A program made the position numbers and the translations under genes. A stretch of 64,000 nt of DNA from Candidatus Micrarchaeaceae archaeon. Its GTDB lineage: Bacteria; Chloroflexota; Dormibacteria; Aeolococcales; Bog-877. Under the pieces are notes generated by a model. The model was not told where the DNA came from and searched no databases. It saw only the letters and a program-made list of their open reading frames with translations. This document shows, in pieces, positions 20,056 through 31,101 of the stretch. Positions within the stretch are counted from its first letter, which is position 1. Each line of letters starts with the position of its first letter. The stretch is from assembly GCA_035531715.1 (NCBI GenBank), contig DATKSI010000031.1, positions 9,673 to 73,672 of the forward strand, given 5' to 3'.

Positions 20056-21717
20056 ATGACCGGAAGCATTGCCAGTGCCGGACACCTTTACAAGGACGAG
20101 GTCCTTGAAATCGAGCCCCAAGGGCTGGAGCACATCACCCAGGTTCAGCGCCATGGCAAGCCGTTCCAGATGTTCACCCTCTGGATGGCGGCCAACCTGG
20201 TGTTGGCGACCTGGGTCATCGGCAACCTCGCGGTGGGCACCTTCGGCGTCAGCATGGTGGGCGCCTTCGTGGCGCTGGCGATCGGCAACGTCCTGGGCGC
20301 TCTCCTGTTGGGCTTGCTGAGCACCTTCGGCCCTCGCCTGGGCGTACCGCAGATGATCCAGTCCCGGGCACCCTTCGGGCTGCTCGGGAACTTCGGACCG
20401 GCCGGCCTGAACTACCTCGCCGGGATCGGGTGGTTCGCGGTGAACACGGTTTACGGCACCTTCGCGCTGGCTGAGCTCGCCCACCTCAACTACTTCCTCG
20501 CGCTGGCCATCATGGTGGTCGGTCAGGTGGCCCTGGCGGTCTATGGCCACAACATGATCCACGCCTTCGAGAGATGGATGAGCGTAGCCCTGGTGATCGT
20601 CTTCGTGATCCTCGCCGTCTTCACGTTCAAGGCCGGCCACTACGGCCTCCCATTCAACCCCAAGGCGCCGGTGCCGTTCGGCGGCCCGACCGGTGGCTTC
20701 ATCATCACGGTCGGGTTGGCCCTGTCCTACGCGATGGGCTGGATGCCGTTCGCCTCCGACTATTCGCGGTACCTTCCCAAGACAGCCAAGCCCTCGAGCA
20801 TCATCTGGTGGACGGCGTTGGGCATGTTCATCCCCTGCCTGGTGCTGGAATGGATGGGGGCGCTGACGGTCTCCATCGCCATGCCGGCCGCGACCGCCGC
20901 CAACCCGGCCAATGCCATCGCCTTCCTGATGCCCGGTCCCCTGGCCCAGGTCGCGCTCCTGGCGATCGCCGTGGGCACCGCCTGCGCCAACGCCCTCAAC
21001 ATCTACAGTGGATCGATGTCGGCGCTGGTGGTCAAGGTGGAGAAGTCGCCGCTGGTCCGGGCAGGGATCGCGGCGGCGATATTTGGCGGGGCGACGGCTG
21101 GCGTGCTGATAGTCGCCAACTCGACCCTCACTTCCGAAAAGGCATCCCTGATCGCCACCCCGATCGTGGCTGGGGCCGCCATTCTCGTCGCTCTGGTGGT
21201 GGCGGGCGCGGTGCGCTTCCGGTTCCAGCGTTGGCAGGCAGCGGTCGTGGTTGGGGTCCTGGGCGGTCTGCTGGCGACGGGGGGCAGCAACGCCACCCAG
21301 GCGGCCAGCCAATACAGCAACTTCCTGCTGCTGCTCTCGTACTGGATCGGTCCCTGGGTCGCGGTGGTGCTGGTGGACTGGTTCTTCAAGCACCATGGCT
21401 CCTACGATCTCCGCGCTCTCTACGACCAGGGCTCCACGGTGCGGGTCGGGACCATCGCCTGGTTGATCGGACTGGCGGTGTCGGTGCCCTTCATGAATCA
21501 GAGTTGGTATGTCGGCCCCATCCCCGCCGCCCACCCGCAGCTCGGGGATGTCTCCTACCTGGTCAGCTTCGTGGTTGCCGGGACCATCTTCGCCATCTTT
21601 GGCCGGCCCCATGCCGGGGCGGTCGGGGAAGGTCAGGTGGAAGTGGTCGGTGAGGTGACAACACCCGCTGCACCCGCCCTGGCGGCCGAGCTGGGCTACG
21701 CCAGCCAGGAGGTCTGA
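20056..21717 (+). CDS. NCS1 family nucleobase:cation symporter (purine-cytosine/allantoin permease type)
   Basis: GAGGAGG-N5-ATG at 20056 (MTGSIASAGHLY…). 12-TM topology with the NCS1 signature region …QSRAPFGLLGNFGPAGLNYLAGIGWFAVN…. Confidence 0.85.
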   Translation: MTGSIASAGHLYKDEVLEIEPQGLEHITQVQRHGKPFQMFTLWMAANLVLATWVIGNLAVGTFGVSMVGAFVALAIGNVLGALLLGLLSTFGPRLGVPQMIQSRAPFGLLGNFGPAGLNYLAGIGWFAVNTVYGTFALAELAHLNYFLALAIMVVGQVALAVYGHNMIHAFERWMSVALVIVFVILAVFTFKAGHYGLPFNPKAPVPFGGPTGGFIITVGLALSYAMGWMPFASDYSRYLPKTAKPSSIIWWTALGMFIPCLVLEWMGALTVSIAMPAATAANPANAIAFLMPGPLAQVALLAIAVGTACANALNIYSGSMSALVVKVEKSPLVRAGIAAAIFGGATAGVLIVANSTLTSEKASLIATPIVAGAAILVALVVAGAVRFRFQRWQAAVVVGVLGGLLATGGSNATQAASQYSNFLLLLSYWIGPWVAVVLVDWFFKHHGSYDLRALYDQGSTVRVGTIAWLIGLAVSVPFMNQSWYVGPIPAAHPQLGDVSYLVSFVVAGTIFAIFGRPHAGAVGEGQVEVVGEVTTPAAPALAAELGYASQEV

Positions 21718-21724
21718 GTCTCCT

Positions 21725-21763
21725 CCCGGCAGGAACCACAGTGGCTCCTGCCGGGATTCTCCT
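21725..21763 (+). terminator. rho-independent terminator-like hairpin after the NCS1 permease gene
   Basis: CCCGGCAGGA-(11 nt loop)-TCCTGCCGGG 10-bp stem, followed by ATTCTCCT. It lies 8 nt after the stop. Confidence 0.5.
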
Positions 21764-21854
21764 CACCCAGACAGCTGGGCGCCCGCCTGGGTCCGGGGCG
21801 GGCGGCGCGCCGCCGTCTCGGACCTGCACCTGAGTCGGTTGCGGCTGGGCTCCC

Positions 21855-22313
21855 TCAGTTGACCGTGGGCTGGGTTGGGGGAGGAACCGCGACGTCATGG
21901 ACCCGGAAGTCCACCACCCGGGGCGGCTGATTCTCCAGGGCGGCGGTCACCCGGTATTCCCCCGCCTTGGGGAACACGACGTTCAAGGTCAGGGCCATGA
22001 CGGTGCGCAGGTCGGCACCGGTCGGCAGCCCGGGCGGACGGGCGGAGTTGAGCTGGGTCCCGACGCCGGCGATCTGAACGCCCACCGCGTCGTCGATGCT
22101 CAGCTGGAGCCGGTAGGGATTGCCGCTCGCGGTCCAGGGGACGATCACGGTGAGCGCAACTCCGATCTGGCTCAGCACCGGTTGGCCGTTGGGGGCGGTC
22201 GCCTGGCGCCAGTGGTCGGTCCATCCGCCGCCGGAGATGTAGAGCATCCCATTGACCGCCTCGACGTGATTGGCCAGCATTAGATTCTCGATCCGCGGCA
22301 ACTCCATGGCCAC
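21855..22313 (-). CDS. hypothetical protein
   Basis: 152-aa ORF (MAMELPRIENLMLANHVEAVNGMLYISGGGW…), coding-like composition. Convergent with the permease gene. Confidence 0.55.
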   Translation of the reverse strand: MAMELPRIENLMLANHVEAVNGMLYISGGGWTDHWRQATAPNGQPVLSQIGVALTVIVPWTASGNPYRLQLSIDDAVGVQIAGVGTQLNSARPPGLPTGADLRTVMALTLNVVFPKAGEYRVTAALENQPPRVVDFRVHDVAVPPPTQPTVN

Positions 22314-22367
22314 CTCCGTGTCCGTTTATCGACCACTGCCATGGTCGGGCGCCGAGCAGGCCACCGC

Positions 22368-24056
22368 TCAGTCGGCCGCCACGGCGTCCGGCCTGCGCTC
22401 ACTCATCTGTTCACGCAATTGCTGCAGTCCGAGACTGCCCAGGTTGAGCGCCTGACGGTGGAAATCCTTGAGGCTGAACCCCGGTCCCCAGGACCGCCTG
22501 GCCTCCTCGCGGACCTCCAGCCAGACCCGCTCCCCCAGCTTGTAGGAGATGGCCTGGGCGGGAACGCCGAGGTACCGGTCGACTTCGCCGGTGCAGAACT
22601 CTCGCGAGCGGCCGGAGCAGAGCGTCATGAACTCCACTGCCAGTTCACGAGACCACCTCTCACCGGGATGGAACCGTTGCTCCATGGGCAGCGCCAGCTC
22701 CAGGTGGAGGCCGATGTCCACCACCACGCGAGCCGCTCGAAAGGACTGATTGGCGAGCATGCCCAGGTAGTAGTCGGGGTTTTCCAGATAGCCGAGCTCA
22801 CCCATCAGCCGCTCGGCGTACAACGCCCAGCCCTCAGCGTGGCCGGAGATCAACCCCAGCAGCCCCTGGAAGGGATTCAGTCGGTCGCCCAGCCAGCAGA
22901 CCTGGCCCAGTTGCAGGTGATGTCCGGGAACCCCCTCGTGGTATGCGGTCGCGATCTCGGTCCATAGGGGAAAGTGGGTGCGGCCCAAGGTCGGATACCA
23001 GGTGCGCCCGGGCCGGCTGAAGTCCTCGGCGGGAGGGGTGTAGTACATCGCCGGCATCCCGCCCGGCGGCGCCAGCATGGCCTCCACCCGCTGGACCGGC
23101 TCGGGGATCTCGAAGTGGACACCGTTGAGCGCCGCCATGGTCTGGTCGAGGAAGTCCTGATTCCAGCTGCGGAAGTTCTCCTCGCCCTCGATGGCCCGCG
23201 CAGGGTCGGCCTCCAGCAGTTCGATCACCTGGGCAAGGCTTCCTCCGGGCAGGATTCGCTCCGCGGTGCGGGCCATCTCCTCCTGAATCCGGCCCAGCTC
23301 CTCCCAGCCCCATTGATAGGTCTGGGCGGTGTCGATTTCGATGCCGTTGTAGACCCGGCAGCTCAGTTGGTACAGCTCGGGACCGCATCCCTCTTGGTCT
23401 CTGGCCTTGGCCAGGTAGCTGTGTTCCAGATATTCGGCGAAGCCGAGGTAGGCCAGGTCGGCGCCCTCCGCTGCCGATCGGAGTCGGGAGCCGAGACTCG
23501 GGCTCGAACCCGGGTATCCGGCCACCAGCCGCCGGAAGAAGCCGGGGGTCGAGGTCGTCCCGGCCCAGGTACGCGCCCGCGCGGCGTCGATCTCCGCCTG
23601 GTGACGGGCGGAGACCAGATTCAGGCTGGCCCCGAGCTCGAGGGTTGCCTCGAAGCTTTTGAGGGCCCCGGGTACCTTGTCCATCCGCGCGGCGATGATC
23701 TCCCAGTCTTGGTCGTCGTCCTGGGCCATCAGGTCGAAGATCCGGCTGGTCACGGTCATCGGACCAAAAACTCCCAGCCCCCTCATCCAATCGCCGGACT
23801 CGTACACATCGACCTGGACCTGCAGCCGGTCGCGCATCACCGCGGCGGCCAGGCCGTCTCGCTCCGACTCCGGCGCCAACGCTTCCACCTGGCGCAGGGT
23901 GGTCCGCGCTAGCTCCGCTCTGGCCTCCTCTCCCTGCGGCGAGTAGTCGGTCAGCTCGGAGTCGTGACCGAGGGTGCCGCGACTGGTCGCGGCGTTGGGA
24001 TCCAGCTCGGAGTTCTTCACCAAGTATTCGTGCGCGATCCGGTCGACCTTGGACAT
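22368..24056 (-). CDS. DUF885 family protein (putative zinc metallopeptidase-like)
   Basis: 562 aa with the DUF885 hallmark …[13 protein letters not shown]…. Confidence 0.8.
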   Translation of the reverse strand: MSKVDRIAHEYLVKNSELDPNAATSRGTLGHDSELTDYSPQGEEARAELARTTLRQVEALAPESERDGLAAAVMRDRLQVQVDVYESGDWMRGLGVFGPMTVTSRIFDLMAQDDDQDWEIIAARMDKVPGALKSFEATLELGASLNLVSARHQAEIDAARARTWAGTTSTPGFFRRLVAGYPGSSPSLGSRLRSAAEGADLAYLGFAEYLEHSYLAKARDQEGCGPELYQLSCRVYNGIEIDTAQTYQWGWEELGRIQEEMARTAERILPGGSLAQVIELLEADPARAIEGEENFRSWNQDFLDQTMAALNGVHFEIPEPVQRVEAMLAPPGGMPAMYYTPPAEDFSRPGRTWYPTLGRTHFPLWTEIATAYHEGVPGHHLQLGQVCWLGDRLNPFQGLLGLISGHAEGWALYAERLMGELGYLENPDYYLGMLANQSFRAARVVVDIGLHLELALPMEQRFHPGERWSRELAVEFMTLCSGRSREFCTGEVDRYLGVPAQAISYKLGERVWLEVREEARRSWGPGFSLKDFHRQALNLGSLGLQQLREQMSERRPDAVAAD

Positions 24057-24121
24057 TCCCGTCCTCTCCTTAGAACCGTGCGGGCGAATCTTCTACAGGA
24101 CGCGACACGGCGAGATCCTAA

Positions 24122-25315
24122 TCAGCGGAGGTTCTCGACGACCACCGCAATTCCCTGCCCAACCCCGATGCACATGGTGGCCAGGCCGAACCGAAGTTTT
24201 CTCCGGTGCAGCTCGTGGATGAGCGTGACCAGGATCCTACTGCCCGAGCAGCCGAGTGGATGGCCCAGCGCGATGGCTCCGCCATTGGGGTTGACCCGCT
24301 CGTCTTGGGGGTCAAGCTCCAACTCCCGCAGGACGGCCAGGGCCTGGGCGGCGAACGCCTCATTCAGCTCAATCAGATCAATATCCCGCAGGGTCAGCTG
24401 AGCCCGCTCCAGCGCCTTCTTCACGGCCGGGATGGGGCCAATCCCCATCAATCGGGGCGGCACTCCGGCGACCGCCATGCTCCGGATTGAAGCCATCGGT
24501 TGCAGCCCCTGGCTCGAGGCGAACTGAGGCGAGGTGAGCAAGAGCGCCGCCGCCCCATCGTTGAGGGGACTGGAATTGCCGGCCGTGACCGTGCCATCGG
24601 CGGCGAACGCAGGCTTCAGTTGGGCGAGTCGCTCGAGCGTGGAGTCTGCCCTTGGGCATTCGTCGGCGGTGACCGTCCCCCTGGCCGTCTCTACCGGGAT
24701 CAGCTCATCGGCGAAGGCGCCCCGCTCCTGGGCGGCCAGAGCCCGCCGGTGGCTCAGCTCGGCGAATCGATCCTGATCCTCCCGGTCGATACCGAACTTT
24801 CGGGCCACGTTCTCCGCGGTCTGGCCCATCGAATCGATGCCATAGAGCGCTTCCATCCGGGGATTGACGAACCGCCAGCCCAGCGCCGAGTCATGGAGTA
24901 CCCGTTCCCCTCGGGCGTATCCTCGGTCCGGTTTGGCGGTCACCCAGGGGGCCCGGCTCATCGATTCCACTCCCCCCGCGATGATCGCCGAGCCGTCGCC
25001 GTGCGAGAGCGCCCGGGCGGCATCCAGCACCGCCTCCAGCCCGCTGCCGCAGAGCCGGTTGACGGTGCACCCCCCCACCTCGACGGGGAATCCGGCCAGC
25101 AGCGAGGCCATTCGGGCCACGTCCCGACTGTCCTCGCCAGCCTGGTTGGCGCACCCCAGGTAGACGTCCTCCAGCGCCTGGGGATCGAGACCAACCCGGT
25201 CGACCAGTGCCCGCAGCACCAGAGCCGCCAGGTCGTCCGGCCGTTCGGTGGCCAGGGCCCCGCCATACCGCCCTATCGGCGTCCGGACTCCGTCCACAAT
25301 CACCGCCTCAGCCAA
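24122..25315 (-). CDS. acetyl-CoA C-acyltransferase (thiolase)
   Basis: Thiolase active-site regions: [12 protein letters not shown] (Cys), …NEAFAAQ…, …[20 protein letters not shown]… (His/Cys). Confidence 0.9.
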   Translation of the reverse strand: MAEAVIVDGVRTPIGRYGGALATERPDDLAALVLRALVDRVGLDPQALEDVYLGCANQAGEDSRDVARMASLLAGFPVEVGGCTVNRLCGSGLEAVLDAARALSHGDGSAIIAGGVESMSRAPWVTAKPDRGYARGERVLHDSALGWRFVNPRMEALYGIDSMGQTAENVARKFGIDREDQDRFAELSHRRALAAQERGAFADELIPVETARGTVTADECPRADSTLERLAQLKPAFAADGTVTAGNSSPLNDGAAALLLTSPQFASSQGLQPMASIRSMAVAGVPPRLMGIGPIPAVKKALERAQLTLRDIDLIELNEAFAAQALAVLRELELDPQDERVNPNGGAIALGHPLGCSGSRILVTLIHELHRRKLRFGLATMCIGVGQGIAVVVENLR

Positions 25316-25388
25316 TCCGCATCTCCTCCAGCCGCCCGGATTGAAATCTCACCGCTCAGATTTTCGCGCCCGCGCCGGCATCTCGCCG

Positions 25389-26549
25389 TCAGAACGAGAA
25401 ATCGTCGTAGATGGAGCTCCGGCGCCGATCTCCCGGCTGGACCATCTCCGTCACCCGGCGGGGATGGAGCCCGGCCGCCCGACCCTGCCACTCGCGCGGC
25501 GGCCGCCGAGGCCGAGCCGGAGGCCGAGCTCGTCGGGGGCGCGCGGGGCTCCTCTCCCGGCGCGGCCGGGTGCTCGACCCGGTGATCCTTCGCCAGATGG
25601 CGTCAAGCCCGGCCCCGGCGAGCCGCGCCATTGCCGAGGCCGCCAGCGCCAGGCTCGCCGCGGCGACCGGAGCCTGGCTGCGGATCCCGCGCCAGACCAG
25701 ACCCCGATAGAGCAACAGCACCAGAACTCCATCCAAGAGGAGAAGAATCGGTGCCCAGCCGGACATCTGGCGCAGCGCCGCCCGGTGCGCGGCGGCGACC
25801 TTCTGCGCCGCCACCAGCTTGGCCTCGGCCCGGCGATAGGCGATCAGCCTGGCATCGATCTTGGGGATTTGGGGCGCATAGGCGAGCATGCCCTTGGCCA
25901 GGCCGCTCGCCGCTGCCGCCCGGAAGCTGGGCTCCGCCAGCAGCTGGGAGTCGTGCTGATTGCTCATGAAGCCGACCTCGACCGTCACCGCCGGCATCGG
26001 TGCGTGGACCCAGAGCTGAGGCAGCATCTGGGTGCCGCGGTCACCCATTCCTGCCGGCGCAATGGCGGCCGCCAAGCTGGTGCTCAAGCTGTTGGCCAGT
26101 GGCGAGTCTTTGGAGTGGGGCAAGAAGACGGTGGCCCCCTCCAGGGTCCCATCCGTCCAGTCGTTTACCCAGAGGCTCAACAGAACCTGGGCGTGGCTGG
26201 CCTTGGCAATCTGTTCAGCCCGCGCGATCGTGATGTCGGTGTCGGTGGTTCTGGTCATGACCACCTTGACCCCGTACGCCTCCAGGTCCTGGCGCAGAGC
26301 CAGCCCCATCGAGAGGGTGACGTTCTTCTCCTTCAGTCCATTGAAAGGAGAGATGGCGCCCGGGTCGATGCCGCCGTGGCCGGGCATGATCGCGACCACG
26401 TATGGCAGAGGGGCCCTCAGATGCTGGGCAGCCGCCACCGGGGCGTGCGCTGACGCCAGGACAGTCCCGGTAACGAGACCTCCGCCCAATGCGGCGATCC
26501 CGAGGGCCAGGGCTGGGACGTGGAGAAAACGGGTTGGCCCCTTTCGCAT
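25389..26549 (-). CDS. N-acetylmuramoyl-L-alanine amidase (Amidase_3 type) with a C-terminal transmembrane anchor and an Arg/Pro-rich tail
   Basis: N-terminal signal sequence. Amidase_3 region (…VVAIMPGHGGIDPGA…, …TVEVGFMSNQHD…). Then a TM helix WAPILLLLDGVLVLLLY, followed by RPRRERSPARPRRARPPARPRRPP…. Confidence 0.8.
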   Translation of the reverse strand: MRKGPTRFLHVPALALGIAALGGGLVTGTVLASAHAPVAAAQHLRAPLPYVVAIMPGHGGIDPGAISPFNGLKEKNVTLSMGLALRQDLEAYGVKVVMTRTTDTDITIARAEQIAKASHAQVLLSLWVNDWTDGTLEGATVFLPHSKDSPLANSLSTSLAAAIAPAGMGDRGTQMLPQLWVHAPMPAVTVEVGFMSNQHDSQLLAEPSFRAAAASGLAKGMLAYAPQIPKIDARLIAYRRAEAKLVAAQKVAAAHRAALRQMSGWAPILLLLDGVLVLLLYRGLVWRGIRSQAPVAAASLALAASAMARLAGAGLDAIWRRITGSSTRPRRERSPARPRRARPPARPRRPPREWQGRAAGLHPRRVTEMVQPGDRRRSSIYDDFSF

Positions 26550-26655
26550 CGCGACCGGGCAAGTATAGGCGAGGAGTCACTTCTCGATCAATCGGCTCTC
26601 CCAGGGTCTGCCCCTGCAGCGCCCGGGGCGTCCGCCCGCCGCGCTGGTCTGTGCA

Positions 26656-27585
26656 TTGACAGCTGGACCGCCCTATCGCCAACCTGAGCTCCGGGCATTG
26701 ACCCTTGGGCGGGATTGGAGGAGCGTGATGCCGGACAGCTGGGAGCCGACTGCGTCGCAGTTCACCCCTCTGGAGCTGCTGTTCCAACGAGATGGACTGC
26801 CGGAATACCCGCTTCCGCGGGAGGTGGCAACCAACTACGACGGTCCATTTGGCCTGCCCACCCCGGTGCTCTACTCCAATTTCGTCAGCTCCCTGGACGG
26901 GATCGCGGAGGTGGGTCCGTCCTCCGGATCGAAGTTGAGCGGACACAGCCAGGCTGACCGCTTTGTGATGGGATTGCTGCGCGCCTGCGCCGAGGCGATC
27001 CTGATCGGGTCGGGGACCCTCAGCGGCAGCCCGGGACACGTCTGGACGGCTGAGCAGGTCTACCCTCCCCAGGCCGATGGCTTTCGGGAGCTCCGCCGCC
27101 GGCTGGGGCTGCCCGAGCGCCCGCTGCTGGCGATCGCCAGCGGCTCGGGCGAGCTCGATCTGCAGCACCCCGCCCTGGCCTGGCCGGCCCTCCTCCTGAC
27201 CTCGACAGCCGGGCGGGCCCGGCTCTCCCAGGCCGGCCCACATCGGGTGGTGGAGGTCGGTCCCAGTCCCCAGCTGGACCCTCGGGAGATGGTCGGGGCC
27301 GTGCGCCAGGCCGGCCACCGGGTGATCCTCACCGAGGGTGGGCCAAAGCTGTTGGGCCAATTGCTGGGAGCCGGGCAGGTCGATGAGCTGTTCCTGACCG
27401 TCTCGCCGCTCCTGGCCGGCAGGGCCAACGGGGAGCGGCGACCGGGCCTGGTGGATGGTGTCGATCTCTTGGGCGGTGAGCGCTCGCCGGGGCTCGAACT
27501 GCTGAGCGCCCGCCGCCACGCATCGCACCTCTTCCTGCGCTACCGGGTCGAGGGAGCTGATCGAAGGGCTCCCAGCGAGGCGTGA
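26656..27585 (+). CDS. RibD C-terminal domain / dihydrofolate reductase-like family protein
   Basis: …HRVILTEGGPKLLGQLLGAGQVDELFLTVSPLLAG… is typical of the RibD_C/DHFR-like fold. Alternative start MPDSW at 26728. Confidence 0.7.
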   Translation: MTAGPPYRQPELRALTLGRDWRSVMPDSWEPTASQFTPLELLFQRDGLPEYPLPREVATNYDGPFGLPTPVLYSNFVSSLDGIAEVGPSSGSKLSGHSQADRFVMGLLRACAEAILIGSGTLSGSPGHVWTAEQVYPPQADGFRELRRRLGLPERPLLAIASGSGELDLQHPALAWPALLLTSTAGRARLSQAGPHRVVEVGPSPQLDPREMVGAVRQAGHRVILTEGGPKLLGQLLGAGQVDELFLTVSPLLAGRANGERRPGLVDGVDLLGGERSPGLELLSARRHASHLFLRYRVEGADRRAPSEA

Positions 27586-27666
27586 GACGGTGCCCGATGA
27601 AAACCGAAGGCGGCTTCTGCCAACCCGAGCTATGATCGCCCGGGAGAGCTTGCTGGAGAACCTTAG

Positions 27667-28083
27667 ATGAGCGATACCGCCGAAGAGACCAAGACCCTCA
27701 GCGACGCCGAGTGGCGCTCCCGGCTGACCGCTGAGCAGTATCACGTGTTGCGGGAGAAGGGCACCGATCCACCCTTCCAAGGTGAGTACACCCACCCGGG
27801 ACCCGAGGGTCTCTACCGGTGTGCTGGCTGCGGATTCGAACTCTTCATCTCCGACACCCAGTTCGATTCCGGCTCCGGATGGCCCAGCTTCACGGCGCCG
27901 CTGGAGTCCAGCCACGTCGCAACTGACGAGGACTGCAGCCTGGGACGCCGCCGCACCGAGGTGATGTGCAGTCGCTGCGGGGGCCACCTGGGCCACGTCT
28001 TCGATGATGGACCGGGACCGACGGGCCAACGCTGGTGCATCAACTCGACCAGCATCAAGCTGGAACCGAAGGACCCTAGCTGA
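27667..28083 (+). CDS. msrB: peptide-methionine (R)-S-oxide reductase
   Basis: Two CxxC zinc motifs (CAGCGFELF, CSRCGGHLGHVF) and the catalytic RWCINS motif. Confidence 0.9.
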   Translation: MSDTAEETKTLSDAEWRSRLTAEQYHVLREKGTDPPFQGEYTHPGPEGLYRCAGCGFELFISDTQFDSGSGWPSFTAPLESSHVATDEDCSLGRRRTEVMCSRCGGHLGHVFDDGPGPTGQRWCINSTSIKLEPKDPS

Positions 28084-28125
28084 CCTAGCCCCGAAGAGCC
28101 CGACCTGGGCATCGTGGACGGGGGC

Positions 28126-30972
28126 TCACCACTCGACCAGAGCCCAGATCGCGGGTCGGATCGGACCGCCCTGGTCGACCTCGGCGAAGAGGCGGGCTGA
28201 CTCCTTCAGGTGCTCCACCGCCGCCTCGTGTTGCCCGCTGGCCTGGAGCAGGTCCGCCAGATTGGTGTGCAGGGCTGCCACCCGATGCCGGTCACCATGC
28301 TCCTGACCCAAAGCGAGCGCTTGCTCGGCTTCGGCCATTGCCTCCTCAAGGTGCCCCATGTCGGCGAGGAGCCGCGCCAGGTTGTTCAGGGCGGCCACCG
28401 CCGGACCCGGCTCGAGAAGGCCCTGAGCGTGCTCCAAACTCTCCCGCAACAGAGGTTCGGCGGCCTCGGCGTCGCCTTGTCGGGCGGCCAACATCCCGAG
28501 CACGTTGGTCGCTTGAGCTAGCGCCAGGCGGTCCTCCGTCTGGCAGGCCCGCGCAAGGGCGGCCGTGCCCAGGGAGGCGGCCCTGGTGAATTCACCCTGG
28601 CGATAGGCCACCAGGGCCATTTCCCCTTCCAGCCTGGCCCGGCGGGAAGTCTCCCCGGGCGGCAGCAGATCACGGGCTGTTTGCAGATGGCTGGCCGCCA
28701 GTGGCCACTCGCCGAGGCGGTGATGAACGTCGGCGAGCCGATGCTCAATCTCGGCCATGGCCAGATCGTCGGCATCGAGCCGGGCGGCGGCCGCTTCGAA
28801 CGCCTGCAGCGCCTCGCCATATCGTCCCAGGGCGATGAGCACGTCTCCCGTGGCCAGCAGCGCGGGCAACTCGGGATATCCAAGCGCCCGGGCCTGGGAG
28901 ATGTGGACCAGCGCCTCAGTGTGGGCATACAGGCTCCGGGAGCGCTCGCCGGCGGCCCACCACCACTGCCTTGCCTCCTGTTCCCGGCCACTCTCCTGGA
29001 GGTGGTGGGCCACCGTCGCCGCCCCCACGCTGGCGGGGTCGCGCTCGTAGCGGCGGAGCAGCACATCGGCGGCCCGTCCGTGGATCAGCCGACGGCGGGC
29101 CAGGCTGGTCGCCTGGTAGGCGACCCGCCGTAACGCCTCGTAGGGGAAGTCGTAGGTAGGGGGCCGGGACGCCTCCCCGGGAGGCGCTTCCACCAGCAGG
29201 GAGTGGGCCAGAGCGATCTCCAGGCCGTCCACCACCTCGGTCTCCGCTCGCCCGCTGACCAGGCGGAGCAGTTCCATGTCGAATTCCCGTCCCAGCACCG
29301 CGGCCGCGGAGATCAGTTGGGTGGTCGGCTGGCTGACCTGGGAGAGCCGCCTCGTCAGCACCTCTCGAACGGACGGCGGCGGCCCGGCGTCGGCTTCGCC
29401 TCGGACCAAGGCATCCCCATAGGCTCGGACCAGCAGCGGCAGCCCTCTGGTCTCCTCCAGCAGCCTCACGAAGTCCGTGGCCGGGGCTCCGATCCCAGCT
29501 AGCAGCGCGCGGACCTCCGCCTCGCCGAACGGTTTCAGAGCCAGCGTTCGGCCCCCCCCGGCATCGGCAGCGCTGGCGAGGGCGCTGGTCAGTCCGCGGA
29601 GCCGCTCGTGGTTCTCCCCCGACCAGCAGACGACCAGCAGCAGGGGGAGTTCCGGCAGCCGCCGCACCAAGTAGCCCAGCACATCGAGCGAGCCCTGGTC
29701 CATCTGCTGCACGTCATCCAGCACCACCACGCCAGGTTCCACGGCGAAGGTTGCGCGCAACGTGGCGGCGATCGCGGAATAGAGCCGGGCCAGCCCTGCC
29801 GGCCCGGCCACCGGCGGCGGGGCTGGCATCATCGCGGGAGCTAGGTCGGGGGCCAGCCGACTGACCTCCCAGGCAACCGACGGGGGCAGCTGGGCCGCCA
29901 GCTCGGGATGGATCGCCGCGGCCGCGCGCAGGAGGTCGGCGATCGCGACGTAGGGCAGCCCCGATTCGCCTTCGTGGCCCCGAGAAACCACCACGGTCGC
30001 CGCCTCGCCCTCGATCGAGCGGCGGAATTCCGAGATCAGGGAACTCTTGCCTGAACCGGGCTCGCCCACCAGCGCCACGACCTGACCCTGGGTGGCCGCG
30101 GCAGCCCAGGCTTCGCGCAGCTGGGCCAGCTCACGGGCACGGTCCACGAACTGTTCACCGGCCCGAATCTCGGCGGCCGGAGCGGGCTCGGATCTAGGGG
30201 GGGTGGTGGCAGCACCAGCGTGGGTGCGCTCCCTCCGGATCGCCGCACCCGGTGGGATCGAACCGGCCAGCACCGCCTCATAAAGCTGGGTGGTGGCGGG
30301 CAGCGGCGGGACGCCCAGCTCCCGATCCAGCACGCCGACACAGGCGCGGTACTGCCGGAGCGCGGCGGAGCGTTGACCGGTTCCGGCGTAAAGCCGAATC
30401 AGCTCCTGATGGGCGGGTTCGTGGAGAGGGTCCAGCGCCAGCCAGCGAAGCGCATAGTCAAGGGCGCCGGAGAGGCTGCCGGCGGAGCTCTGGAACCCCA
30501 CCAACTGTTCAAGGGCCATGCCCAGCCGCTGGCGCCGCCGCTCGCTGGTCTGGGTTATCCAGTCGTCAAATTCCGGGCTGTCCCGAAGACCGAAGCCGGC
30601 CATGAAGTCGTCCCGGTACAGCTGGACCGCGCGCTCCAACGACGCGGGATCGCCTGCCTCCAGGAGCCGCTCGAAATCGTGCAGGTCGACCTCCAGGGCG
30701 TGGGGAACGAGTCGGACCGCGTGCCGGGTGACCAGGAGAGAGTCCCCCATGACGCCCAGCGCCACCGAAATGGTGCGGCGCAGGGCGGCGCGGGCTTTGA
30801 AGTCGTCGGAGTCGGGCCAAAGGGTCGCCGCCAGCCGGGTGCGGCTTTGCTCCTGGCGACTGACGGCGAGGATCGCCAGCAGGGCCAGTGCCTTGCGGGT
30901 GTCGAATGACACCGGCCTTCCGTCCCTCTCCACCGCGGGCGTCCCGAGCAGGGCCAGGCGAAGATGAGTCAA
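28126..30972 (-). CDS. AfsR/SARP family transcriptional regulator: winged-helix DNA-binding domain, BTAD, NB-ARC/AAA ATPase (STAND) and C-terminal TPR repeats
   Basis: 948 aa. N-terminus LRLALLGTPAVERDGRPVSFDTRKALALLAILA (SARP wHTH), BTAD region, P-loop VGEPGSGKSS, TPR-like C-terminus. Confidence 0.85.
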   Translation of the reverse strand: MTHLRLALLGTPAVERDGRPVSFDTRKALALLAILAVSRQEQSRTRLAATLWPDSDDFKARAALRRTISVALGVMGDSLLVTRHAVRLVPHALEVDLHDFERLLEAGDPASLERAVQLYRDDFMAGFGLRDSPEFDDWITQTSERRRQRLGMALEQLVGFQSSAGSLSGALDYALRWLALDPLHEPAHQELIRLYAGTGQRSAALRQYRACVGVLDRELGVPPLPATTQLYEAVLAGSIPPGAAIRRERTHAGAATTPPRSEPAPAAEIRAGEQFVDRARELAQLREAWAAAATQGQVVALVGEPGSGKSSLISEFRRSIEGEAATVVVSRGHEGESGLPYVAIADLLRAAAAIHPELAAQLPPSVAWEVSRLAPDLAPAMMPAPPPVAGPAGLARLYSAIAATLRATFAVEPGVVVLDDVQQMDQGSLDVLGYLVRRLPELPLLLVVCWSGENHERLRGLTSALASAADAGGGRTLALKPFGEAEVRALLAGIGAPATDFVRLLEETRGLPLLVRAYGDALVRGEADAGPPPSVREVLTRRLSQVSQPTTQLISAAAVLGREFDMELLRLVSGRAETEVVDGLEIALAHSLLVEAPPGEASRPPTYDFPYEALRRVAYQATSLARRRLIHGRAADVLLRRYERDPASVGAATVAHHLQESGREQEARQWWWAAGERSRSLYAHTEALVHISQARALGYPELPALLATGDVLIALGRYGEALQAFEAAAARLDADDLAMAEIEHRLADVHHRLGEWPLAASHLQTARDLLPPGETSRRARLEGEMALVAYRQGEFTRAASLGTAALARACQTEDRLALAQATNVLGMLAARQGDAEAAEPLLRESLEHAQGLLEPGPAVAALNNLARLLADMGHLEEAMAEAEQALALGQEHGDRHRVAALHTNLADLLQASGQHEAAVEHLKESARLFAEVDQGGPIRPAIWALVEW

Positions 30973-31101
30973 GCTTCCTCCCGGATTCCCAGACCCCTAG
31001 AGTAGGGCATGGTGTGAAAGTCGGGCCGCTCCCGGCGCCCGCCGTAACGATTTCCGGACAGTGGGCTCGCAGACTGGCACCGTGGAGAACACCCAACCGG
31101 G

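Noticed and set aside
19756-21612. 618-aa minus-strand ORF covering the NCS1 permease locus
   Set aside because: Antisense shadow ORF. The composition is dominated by Gly/Arg/Asp/His with no domain. The plus-strand permease is unambiguous.
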